Part shown: positions 27,378-34,944 of the stretch, piece by piece | How the letters are laid out: the number at the start of each line of letters is the position of its first letter | Position numbering within the stretch: the first letter of the stretch is position 1 | Origin: a virus | Taxonomy: Duplodnaviria; Caudoviricetes | Strand: one strand, 5' to 3' | Virus record (IMG/VR): IMGVR_UViG_2563366732_000001 | Span: 3,242-67,241 of that record | Length of the DNA: 64,000 nucleotides | Notes under the pieces: generated by a model | What the model saw: only the letters and a program-made list of their open reading frames with translations | Database searches by the model: none | What the model was told of the DNA's origin: nothing | Position numbers and translations under genes: made by a program

Positions 27378-27653
27378 CTAATTAAAAATATTGTCATTGA
27401 TGTATTTCCACTGCTTTTCAGTTAGCCAACCTTGTTTATTATCGCTAACTTCAATGGCTATTAAACGATCATTTTTATCCAGATATTGAGTGATTTTATC
27501 AGAAACTTGGTTAACGGTAAGATTCGATTTTATAAGATATGAAGATTTCCAATAAGAACACCAATCACCAGTAGAGGAATCTTTTATAGCTTTAATAACA
27601 TCTTCATATTTTTGGCCAGGATCATTTAAATCATAAGTAATCATATAAACCAT
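27378..27653 (-). CDS. Cas2/VapD-like small ferredoxin-fold protein (stand-alone)
   Basis: MVYMITYDLNDPGQKYEDVIKAIK...W....KSSYLIKS; RBS AAAGGTGG before the ATG at 27653. Confidence 0.6.
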   Translation of the reverse strand: MVYMITYDLNDPGQKYEDVIKAIKDSSTGDWCSYWKSSYLIKSNLTVNQVSDKITQYLDKNDRLIAIEVSDNKQGWLTEKQWKYINDNIFN

Positions 27654-27730
27654 CGACAATTCACCACCTTTCCCCAATATTTTACCATAATCGGACAAGT
27701 TATACAAAATATAAATCAGGAGGACTAACC

Positions 27731-27892
27731 ATGAATAATCGTCAGAAAGTTATTAATAAGATAACCAAGTCTAATATAGAGTTTTACAAAAAAATATTAG
27801 ACTTGGAATTTAGAAAAACAAGAAGAATGATCAGAAGAACGACAAATGATTTAGACTTTCATACGTTACTGATTTATAAGAATTTGGGTTGA
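27731..27892 (+). CDS. Small phage protein (53 aa), paralog of 1240..1389
   Basis: RBS AGGAGG; similar to the prophage 1 ORF. Confidence 0.65.
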   Translation: MNNRQKVINKITKSNIEFYKKILDLEFRKTRRMIRRTTNDLDFHTLLIYKNLG

Positions 27893-28071
27893 AAAAGATG
27901 GAGATAAAATCAATACAACGCATTGGACAGGCTAAATCTAAACATGACTTTATAGGTAAGAAGACTTTTAACACCAGGGAAGGTAAAACAGTTGCGAAAA
28001 TAACTTTTGGAGAGGTACTGGATAAGATCTTAAAGGAAGGTGAAAGTAATGATTATAATGACAAGCCATAA
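27889..28071 (+). CDS. Phage hypothetical protein
   Basis: Packed operon. Confidence 0.5.
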   Translation: MKKMEIKSIQRIGQAKSKHDFIGKKTFNTREGKTVAKITFGEVLDKILKEGESNDYNDKP

Positions 28072-28303
28072 AAACACAGATTCGGTCATTGACCTATCTA
28101 ATAATAAAATAGTTAAAATTTTAAAACATAAAATTGATGAACAAGTAGCTGAAAATAAAAAGCTACTAAATGAAAAATCCAAAACAAGTAAGGAACTCTA
28201 TGAACTTTATGAAAAGAATCATGAGCTTGAAGTACAAATTGATAGTATGTCGGAAATAATATTGGATTTGGAGGCTAGCAATGATGTCAGTATTAAAAGA
28301 TGA
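28040..28303 (+). CDS. Phage coiled-coil hypothetical protein
   Basis: Packed operon. Confidence 0.55.
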   Translation: MKVMIIMTSHKNTDSVIDLSNNKIVKILKHKIDEQVAENKKLLNEKSKTSKELYELYEKNHELEVQIDSMSEIILDLEASNDVSIKR

Positions 28304-28646
28304 AATATATTATTTCAAAGAATTATTAAAAAAACAAAAACTAAGACTTAAAGAGCTTTACAAGGTTAGTAATGGAGTTGAACATTCTGGAACTATGGAT
28401 TGTAAAAGACAAATAGAAAGATACGAATCTAAGATCAAAGATTTAGAACAAGAAATGGACCAAATACCTAGTAAAGTATTTGAAACAATTACTGAACTAA
28501 TTAATAGTCAAATGAGAATTTTAAATGAGAATGGTTATTTAATACATGATGCTGAAAATTTAGAGTTCGTTATATCACAAATCAGATACGACAAAGGGGA
28601 CGGCTTAATCAAGTTTGATACTACTAAGGAGAATTCAGATGATTAA
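28281..28646 (+). CDS. Phage hypothetical protein
   Basis: C-terminal half is similar to 3042..3215. Confidence 0.65.
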   Translation: MMSVLKDEIYYFKELLKKQKLRLKELYKVSNGVEHSGTMDCKRQIERYESKIKDLEQEMDQIPSKVFETITELINSQMRILNENGYLIHDAENLEFVISQIRYDKGDGLIKFDTTKENSDD

Positions 28647-28842
28647 AATTATTGGTTCTAAGGAGGCTAAAAGCATAATTAATGAGTACAAGCCAAAAGG
28701 ACTATTTATAATTTTAGATGCTAAAGGTACTTATGTAGGAATAGACAACATGTCATGTAATGCATGGACAGAGGAATTTAAAGATTTAAAAGTATGCCTA
28801 ATGTGGCTGAATGGTTGGAATTTTGAAGATTTGGAGGCGTGA
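28615..28842 (+). CDS. Phage hypothetical protein
   Basis: YVGIDNMSCNAWTEEF..LK.CLMWL motif. Confidence 0.65.
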   Translation: MILLRRIQMIKIIGSKEAKSIINEYKPKGLFIILDAKGTYVGIDNMSCNAWTEEFKDLKVCLMWLNGWNFEDLEA

Positions 28843-28847
28843 AATAA

Positions 28848-29060
28848 ATGATAAGAAGCCTTTTAGAAAATCAAGGAGTTAATTTAACAGATTTAGAGTT
28901 TAAAGAAATTATGACAATAGTAACTGATGATATTAGAGAAAATCGTATCAAGTTCAATAAAAAAACAAATATAGAAGAAATGTTCACTATAGCATTAAGA
29001 ACATTTTGCTTAATGAAAAGAGTCGTAACTTTTGATGTACCCTGGTCAATTATTGAATAA
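28848..29060 (+). CDS. Phage hypothetical protein, paralog of 1546..1731
   Basis: RBS GGAGG; sequence similarity. Confidence 0.7.
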   Translation: MIRSLLENQGVNLTDLEFKEIMTIVTDDIRENRIKFNKKTNIEEMFTIALRTFCLMKRVVTFDVPWSIIE

Positions 29061-29374
29061 AGGAAATGGGACACTAAACAATGGTAATATTTGTAAATGA
29101 TATAGAAGAAATAAACATTACAGAAAAAAGAAAAACACATTATCACTTTTAGAGAGCAGACAATGTGTTTTTAATGAAAGATTGTGTAAAAAACCTTATG
29201 TATTTATTTTAAACCTAATCATGTTGTATAGTCAAGAACTCTTTATTTTAAAAGACTTAAAGCCCTTGTAATGGGTATTATCTTATCGACTACACTAGCA
29301 AATTAAACATAAGGTAAAAACACATATCTTTATTTCTCTGTAAATAAAACTTACTTAATACTGGAGGATAAGAA

Positions 29375-30109
29375 ATGCCATACAGAGAGAAAAAAATATA
29401 CAGTGGAAAAATAAAAGAGGTAGAAATATATCCAATCTCTATTCAGGAGAGAAAACAGCCAAGGGGGAAAAAGGTAAAGGAATCTCTCAACAAGCAAAAA
29501 AACCTAAATGATAAGAATGCAAAGAAACATTGTATAAGATTACTAAATACAAATTTCACCAATGATGATTTAGCATTACATCTTACGTATACAGATAAAG
29601 AGTTGCCAATAGATGAAAAAGAAGCCAGAAGAGATATAACAAATTATATCCGCAGAATAAAACACTATAGAAAAAAGCAAGGACTGCCTCCGTTAAAATA
29701 CGTAGCAGTAATTGAATATGGCAAGGAGAGGAAAAGAATACATCATCATATCGTAATTAGCGGCATGGATAGAGATGTAGTAGAACAGCTATGGGGAAAA
29801 GGACGAGCTAATGCAGACAGATTAGAAGAGGATGAATCCGGCTTTGAAGGATTAGCTAGATATATTACGAAAGACCCAAAAGGAAATAAACGCTGGGTGC
29901 AATCCAAAAATCTAAAACAACCAATTATAAAAGTTAATGATTTTAAATTCAGCAGAAAGAAAGTAGAAGAATTGGCAAGGGCTCAAGGAGATAGAGCAGT
30001 CTTTCAAAAACTTTATCCTGGTTATATTCTGAATGAATGCAAAGTGTTTGTAAATGAAATCACGGCAGGTACTTATTTATATATTAAAATGCGAAAATTA
30101 AAAATTTAA
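29375..30109 (+). CDS. HUH-superfamily rolling-circle-type replication initiator
   Basis: Motif I LHLTY, motif II RIHHHIVI, motif III LARYITK. Confidence 0.75.
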   Translation: MPYREKKIYSGKIKEVEIYPISIQERKQPRGKKVKESLNKQKNLNDKNAKKHCIRLLNTNFTNDDLALHLTYTDKELPIDEKEARRDITNYIRRIKHYRKKQGLPPLKYVAVIEYGKERKRIHHHIVISGMDRDVVEQLWGKGRANADRLEEDESGFEGLARYITKDPKGNKRWVQSKNLKQPIIKVNDFKFSRKKVEELARAQGDRAVFQKLYPGYILNECKVFVNEITAGTYLYIKMRKLKI

Positions 30110-30120
30110 GGAATGATTGA

Positions 30121-30279
30121 ATGATACAAATAAAGGAACTTACAGAACTTGAAAAACTTAAACTTTCGTTCAAATATAGTATTTCAGAAATACATAAAAA
30201 ATCATTAGAGGAGAGGATAAACAAAATTGAAAGTTCCCAATTAAATATATTTGGAGAGGTGCAAAATGGAAGAAAATAA
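30121..30279 (+). CDS. Small phage protein, paralog of 4672..4812
   Basis: Sequence similarity; both copies directly follow the replication initiator. Confidence 0.65.
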   Translation: MIQIKELTELEKLKLSFKYSISEIHKKSLEERINKIESSQLNIFGEVQNGRK

Positions 30280-30640
30280 ATATTGTGAAATATGCGGAGA
30301 ACCAGGGGAAAAACATCATATAGTTTTTAGGGGTAAATGTGCTGCAATGATAAATGCAAAAATAAATTATAAGTATTTATGCGGTGAACATCATAGAACA
30401 GGCAAGGAAGCGCCACATAACAATAGGCAAGTAGATATAAAGTATAAACTAGAACTCCAAAAGAAGTTATTCCAAATGTTTAGTAATAATTATTACCATA
30501 AAACAGAAATTGCAGAATTGCTTGAGATAAAACCTAAAGAAGTGGATCAGTTTGCTAAAACCTTAATGTGGTATTCAGAAGGATATAAAAGCCTAGACAT
30601 AGTTATTAAATGTATGGGAGGAGGATTATATGCTAAGTGA
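30266..30640 (+). CDS. HNH-like zinc-binding protein
   Basis: CEICG....KHHIVFRG...LCGEHHRTG...PH. Confidence 0.7.
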   Translation: MEENKYCEICGEPGEKHHIVFRGKCAAMINAKINYKYLCGEHHRTGKEAPHNNRQVDIKYKLELQKKLFQMFSNNYYHKTEIAELLEIKPKEVDQFAKTLMWYSEGYKSLDIVIKCMGGGLYAK

Positions 30641-30884
30641 TTCAGAAAAATTGGAATTAATCAATGCCATGGAGTTCATTGAAGATGATGCAGATGGAGA
30701 AAATTGTACTTCTGTCACAGTAAAAGACACTAAGATCAATAGAGATATTCTTAACAAAATTGGCTTTGATAGAAGCTACCTAGAATATGAAGGCTTGATT
30801 GATGAATATGGAGATATAAACGTGGCACCTATAGCCTTTAAATATTGCAACTGGTGGTCTGAATACTATTTTACTCATAGATAA
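30630..30884 (+). CDS. Phage hypothetical protein
   Basis: RBS GGAGG. Confidence 0.55.
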   Translation: MLSDSEKLELINAMEFIEDDADGENCTSVTVKDTKINRDILNKIGFDRSYLEYEGLIDEYGDINVAPIAFKYCNWWSEYYFTHR

Positions 30885-30935
30885 AATTCAATACATCACA
30901 TTATGAAAATATTACGAAGGAAGTGAGGTGGTTAA

Positions 30936-31151
30936 ATGTTTACTGGAAGAGTGAATCTAGTAAAAAGAAATAAATTAATTCATGTAGGCTTTACGATGAA
31001 CGGTTGTATGGTAAGTGGTTGCAATACCACATGGGATATTAGAGATAAAGTAGCGGAAGGTAATTCGTCTGAGGTTACATGTAAAAGGTGTAAAAAGTTA
31101 CTAGAAAAAGCAGATGAAAATGGGCATGCTATTCTAAGCCCAAGAAAATAA
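30936..31151 (+). CDS. Phage hypothetical protein (Cys-containing)
   Basis: RBS GAGGTGG. Confidence 0.6.
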   Translation: MFTGRVNLVKRNKLIHVGFTMNGCMVSGCNTTWDIRDKVAEGNSSEVTCKRCKKLLEKADENGHAILSPRK

Positions 31152-31190
31152 ATTGAAAACAATGCGTAACAACGAAAGAAGGAGTGAAAA

Positions 31191-31250
31191 GTGAAAAATA
31201 TATTAGAATTTCCATACTTTAATCCTGGTATGCCAGGTTACGAGGTTTGA
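31191..31250 (+). other. 19-codon leader ORF followed by a structured ~190-nt intervening sequence
   Basis: Strong RBS GAAGGAG, GTG, MKNILEFPYFNPGMPGYEV*; several hairpins up to 31412. Confidence 0.4.
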
Positions 31251-31416
31251 GCCTACACAGGGCAATAGGTTAGCAACCCTAGAATGAACCGTAAAAGTGT
31301 TTAGTTAAAGTATAAAGTTCTCTATTAGTTGCTTCAATTTATAGCTAATAAGTTGGAATGGGAAGCTTTGAGAGCTGACCTCACTAGATGTGTAAAAACA
31401 TTTAGAAGGTCAAAGT

Positions 31417-32205
31417 GTGGGAAAAAGAAAGCATATAATATTTTACTCTGGTGGTATTGGAAGCTACTTTACAGCCAGAAGAGTTGTTGAAAAAGAAGGA
31501 AAGGAAAATGTAATACTTCTCTTCACAGATACAAAAATTGAAGATGAAGACTTATATAGATTTTTGGAAGAAACGAGTAAGAAACTGGGAGCCAAATTAA
31601 TTAAGTTGGCGGACGGAAGGACTCCTTGGGAAGTAGCAAAGGATGTAAAATTCCTACCAAATAGCAGAATTGCACAATGTAGTCATTTATTAAAACAGAA
31701 AATGTCTGATAAATGGATTAAAGATAATTTCAAACCGGAAGAATGTGTTTTATACCTTGGGATAGATTGGACAGAAGATCACAGAAGGGCAGCACCTAAA
31801 AAAAATTATCTACCCTATGAAGTAAAATTTCCAATGTGTGATAGACCTTTTCTTACCAAACCACAGATGCTAGATATATTAGAAAAGGAAGATGGAATCA
31901 AAAGACCAGCACTTTATAGATTGGGATTTGCACATAATAATTGTGGCGGTTTTTGTTTCAGAGCCGGACTTGGACATTTTGAAAATTTACTAAAGAAGAA
32001 CAGAAAGTTGTATTTATGGCATGAAGGTAAAGAGCAAGAAATGCGAGATTACTTAGGAAAAGACGTAACTATCTTAAGAAGAACCAGGAATGGACAAAGG
32101 ATTAATCTAACACTAAAGTCTCTCAGGGAAGAATTGGACAAAGGCGATCAATTAAGCTGGGATGAGCAAATAGATGTTGGTGGTTGTGGTTGCTTCTTAG
32201 ATTAG
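31417..32205 (+). CDS. PAPS-reductase/PP-loop family protein
   Basis: HIIFYSGGIGS PP-loop, LLFTDT, HNNCGGFC and C-terminal GGCGCF. Confidence 0.8.
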   Translation: MGKRKHIIFYSGGIGSYFTARRVVEKEGKENVILLFTDTKIEDEDLYRFLEETSKKLGAKLIKLADGRTPWEVAKDVKFLPNSRIAQCSHLLKQKMSDKWIKDNFKPEECVLYLGIDWTEDHRRAAPKKNYLPYEVKFPMCDRPFLTKPQMLDILEKEDGIKRPALYRLGFAHNNCGGFCFRAGLGHFENLLKKNRKLYLWHEGKEQEMRDYLGKDVTILRRTRNGQRINLTLKSLREELDKGDQLSWDEQIDVGGCGCFLD

Positions 32206-32454
32206 TTCACAATTCAACTATATTGCGAAGCAACTTTTATAAATAAGAAATACGAATAATGTTCTTTGAAAACTGAATAATACGGTGTTAAACTAAAAAA
32301 CATTCCCTTCTACTATAAGTATAATGATGTATCAAATAGTAAATTATAGTGTCATATCAATACATAATTGGATTATTTTGGTAGTTATATCAAATATGAA
32401 AAAGGATCTGTATACTATTAAAATTTTTCTATGAATAAATTCTTTAAAGTTTGT

Positions 32455-32482
32455 AACAAGGATTACTTCGCTTCATATAATA
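32455..32482 (+). promoter_or_regulatory. SigK-like sporulation promoter candidate
   Basis: AACA-N15-CATATAATA upstream of the Met-rich gene. Confidence 0.4.
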
Positions 32483-32517
32483 CAAATGTAGGTAAAATTA
32501 TTTGTGGGGTGTAATTA

Positions 32518-33093
32518 TTGAAAACTGATATGAGCAATCCAACGCAAGGTATACATCCAATGATGGGAATGGAAGGTATGTGCCCAATGATGATGGAAGG
32601 TATGTATCCAATGATGATGGAAGGTATGTGTCCAATGATGATGGAAGGTATGTATCCAATGATGATGCACGGTATGCATCCTATGATGGATATGCAGAAC
32701 ATGAGCCCTATGATGGATATGCAATTTCCTATACCAATGTTAGTAAAATTGGAACAGATTTCGCCTAATCAAATTCAAATTAGCTATGATAGAGATGTTG
32801 ATGTAATGTTAGGAATGAAGTCAACTAATTACTGGGTCAAGGATATAATGAATGCTATCCCCAGGGGTATAGCTACTCTTGGTAGAAATGATAATGTGAA
32901 TTCTGGAAATTCACTTACAGATAATATGGTCAGAATAGATCCCAAAAATGGCTCAGCAAAAACATTTATTTTAACTTTCAATAGAACTATTCCTAGCGGA
33001 GCAGAATATATGCTTATAATTTGTTATGTAACAGTTAAAGGAGCACCTCCTTACAGCGGAGCTAATGGAATGGCTAATTTTGTTGGTAAATAA
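32518..33093 (+). CDS. Met-rich repeat protein with a C-terminal Ig-like domain (accessory cassette gene)
   Basis: (MEGM[C/Y]PMM)n N-terminus; beta-rich C-terminus QIQISYDRDVD...TFILTF...YMLIICYV. Confidence 0.75.
   Translation: MKTDMSNPTQGIHPMMGMEGMCPMMMEGMYPMMMEGMCPMMMEGMYPMMMHGMHPMMDMQNMSPMMDMQFPIPMLVKLEQISPNQIQISYDRDVDVMLGMKSTNYWVKDIMNAIPRGIATLGRNDNVNSGNSLTDNMVRIDPKNGSAKTFILTFNRTIPSGAEYMLIICYVTVKGAPPYSGANGMANFVGK
32569..32688 (+). repeat. 24-bp coding tandem repeat, five units
   Basis: ATGGAAGGTATGT(G/A)(C/T)CCAATGATG at 32569, 32593, 32617 and 32641; degenerate unit at 32665. Confidence 0.9.
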
Positions 33094-33116
33094 ATTACAA
33101 TTAATAAACGTAGTAA

Positions 33117-33153
33117 TACCGTATTATTCAGAAATGGGTTATACGGTATTTTT
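33117..33153 (+). terminator. GAAA-loop terminator-like hairpin (cassette right boundary)
   Basis: TACCGTATTATTCA-GAAA-TGGGTTATACGGTA followed by TTTTT. Confidence 0.65.
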
Positions 33154-33213
33154 ATGCCGCAATTCAAGCAAATTTAGAAACAATTAATAATATATAATTT
33201 AGGAGGAGAGGCA

Positions 33214-33660
33214 TTGAAAGATCACATAAGAGACTATACAATTGCAGCATTTAGATTCTATGCTTCAAGGGGAATATCGGCTGATGAATATAAAAAAATA
33301 ATTTATGATGCAGCACTGGAAAACTATGAAAGAAAAATGAATGGATGTGGTATAAGTTTTCCAACAGAAACAGCAATAATAGCCGCTGAAAATGAGGTTA
33401 CCCAGAGACTTGCAGAAATAAATGATATGGAAGCCGTAGAAATGACAATGGCAGAACTAAGAGCAACATCAAAAATATATAGTGTACATGCTATAGAAAT
33501 TGTATATTTTAAGGACGCAGATAAAGAACTACAAAAGGGGGATATTAGTAATAGGGTTCATGAAGCAGTATTAAGTATTCCAATGGGCGAGGCAACAGTA
33601 TATAGGTGTCTAAGTAAAGCAAGAGAATTATTTGCAGAAAAAAGGGGATTAAGAATTTAA
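33214..33660 (+). CDS. Putative late-gene transcriptional regulator
   Basis: C-terminal HTH-like EATVYRCLSKARELFAEKRGL; syntenic with 7229..7657 and followed by the same TGAAAGTTGATA motif. Confidence 0.7.
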   Translation: MKDHIRDYTIAAFRFYASRGISADEYKKIIYDAALENYERKMNGCGISFPTETAIIAAENEVTQRLAEINDMEAVEMTMAELRATSKIYSVHAIEIVYFKDADKELQKGDISNRVHEAVLSIPMGEATVYRCLSKARELFAEKRGLRI

Positions 33661-33732
33661 TTGAAAGTTGATAGTACAAGGGGGATGTCAAGAGGTATAA
33701 TGTGTACAGTTACAAAAAGTGAATAGAGGAGA

Positions 33733-33762
33733 GGAACATTCAGAAATGAGTGTTCCTTTTTT
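33733..33762 (+). terminator. Intrinsic terminator just downstream of the putative late promoter
   Basis: GGAACATTCA-GAAA-TGAGTGTTCC followed by TTTTTT. Confidence 0.75.
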
Positions 33763-33776
33763 CATGTCTAAGATAG

Positions 33777-33800
33777 TTATTCACAACATATTGTGGATAG
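33777..33800. promoter_or_regulatory. Inverted pair of DnaA-box-like 9-mers
   Basis: TTATTCACA (fits TTWTNCACA), 6-bp spacer, then TGTGGATAG (reverse complement of CTATCCACA). Confidence 0.5.
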
Positions 33801-33830
33801 TGTATATAAGTAATGCTATATATTGTATTA

Positions 33831-33885
33831 CTTGCTTTGATATGACGGGCGGTGTGTAAACAACCTAATATCAAAACAAGGGGAG
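33831..33885 (+). ncRNA. Second copy of the methylase leader hairpin, with a 16-nt anti-16S sequence
   Basis: Stem 33831-33843/33868-33880 (12 of 13 pairs); 24-nt loop; SD AAGGGGAG overlaps the 3' arm. Confidence 0.6.
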
Positions 33886-33893
33886 ATGCACAA

Positions 33894-34658
33894 ATGATAA
33901 AAATGTTAAAACCACCTATTAGTAGAATGGGAGGAAAAAGCAAGTTAAGAAAGACAATAATAAGTATGTTACCTGAGCATGTTTGTTATGTAGAATTATT
34001 CTTTGGAGCAGGATGGGTGTATTTTGGTAAGGAGCCTGCAAAGGTCGAAGTTATAAATGATATAGATAAAGAGTTAATAAATCTATTCAGAATGATAAAA
34101 TATCATGCACCAGAAGTTGAAAGAATGCTTCAATATGATTTTTCAGGAAGGGATATATTTGAGGAATACAAGAATGAGTGCGTAGGGAACCTTACAGAGA
34201 TAAATAGATCTGTAAGGTTTTTATATTTAGTAACTCAAAGTTTTGCAAGTAAAGGTGGTAATTATGGTTATGGGACAAATACAAAACCTGGACAGCAGAT
34301 ATTTTATATTGAAGCACTAAAAGATTTGAAAGAGAGGCTGAGTAATACTTATGTTGAAAATTTAACCTTTGAAAAAGTAATAGATAAGTATGACAGGGAA
34401 TATACTTGTTTCTTTGCAGATCCGCCGTATTTTGAAACAGCAGGTTATGGCAATAAATTTGGAGAGAAAGAACATCTGTTACTTAGAGATAAGTTGAGCA
34501 ATATCAAAGGTAAATTTATATTAACAATAAATGACCATGAAAAAGTAAGGCAATGGTATAAGGATTTTAATATCAAGGAAGTTGAAGTGAATTATTCTAT
34601 TTCTAGAGAACAGAAGGCTAGAGGTAAGTATAAAGAACTTATTATAAAAAACTATTAA
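33894..34658 (+). CDS. DNA adenine methyltransferase (D12/Dam class), close paralog of 10887..11645
   Basis: Same motifs (RMGGKSKL, FFADPPY); near-identical protein. Confidence 0.95.
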   Translation: MIKMLKPPISRMGGKSKLRKTIISMLPEHVCYVELFFGAGWVYFGKEPAKVEVINDIDKELINLFRMIKYHAPEVERMLQYDFSGRDIFEEYKNECVGNLTEINRSVRFLYLVTQSFASKGGNYGYGTNTKPGQQIFYIEALKDLKERLSNTYVENLTFEKVIDKYDREYTCFFADPPYFETAGYGNKFGEKEHLLLRDKLSNIKGKFILTINDHEKVRQWYKDFNIKEVEVNYSISREQKARGKYKELIIKNY

Positions 34659-34670
34659 GAAGGTGGGAAT

Positions 34671-34889
34671 GTGTTAAGTATCTATACGAGTTATAAATGT
34701 AAGACATGCAGTAAAGAGTTTGTATTGCTAAGTGAAGATGTTGAGTTAATGAGTAAGGATAGATACTTAACTTGTCCTTACTGTAATAGCAAAAGAATAG
34801 TAGTTGATAAGGTAGAAGACAGTGTCAAAGAGTGTATGAAAGAAAGAAGTTATAAGAAAATAAATGGAGCAATTAGACAAAGAAGATAA
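34671..34889 (+). CDS. Small zinc-ribbon phage protein
   Basis: YKCKTC...LTCPYCNS. Confidence 0.75.
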   Translation: MLSIYTSYKCKTCSKEFVLLSEDVELMSKDRYLTCPYCNSKRIVVDKVEDSVKECMKERSYKKINGAIRQRR

Positions 34890-34915
34890 AGGATTTTATC
34901 TTCTTTTGTAGAAAT
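34889..34915 (+). promoter_or_regulatory. SigH-like promoter candidate
   Basis: AAGGATTTT-N10-GTAGAAAT. Confidence 0.45.
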
Positions 34916-34944
34916 ATAAGGCAAAAGGAGATGATATCACAATA

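Noticed and set aside
31230-31419. Canonical group I or II intron, or twister/pistol ribozyme
   Set aside because: The P4/P6/P7, D5 and ribozyme core consensus elements are not present; only superficial word matches. Left as an unclassified structured element.
32569-32688. CRISPR array
   Set aside because: Head-to-tail coding repeats with no spacers; no cas operon in the window.
32463-32768. His-rich and Ile-rich minus-strand ORFs and an alternative plus-frame ORF
   Set aside because: Shadow frames produced by the 24-bp repeat of the Met-rich gene; no RBS.
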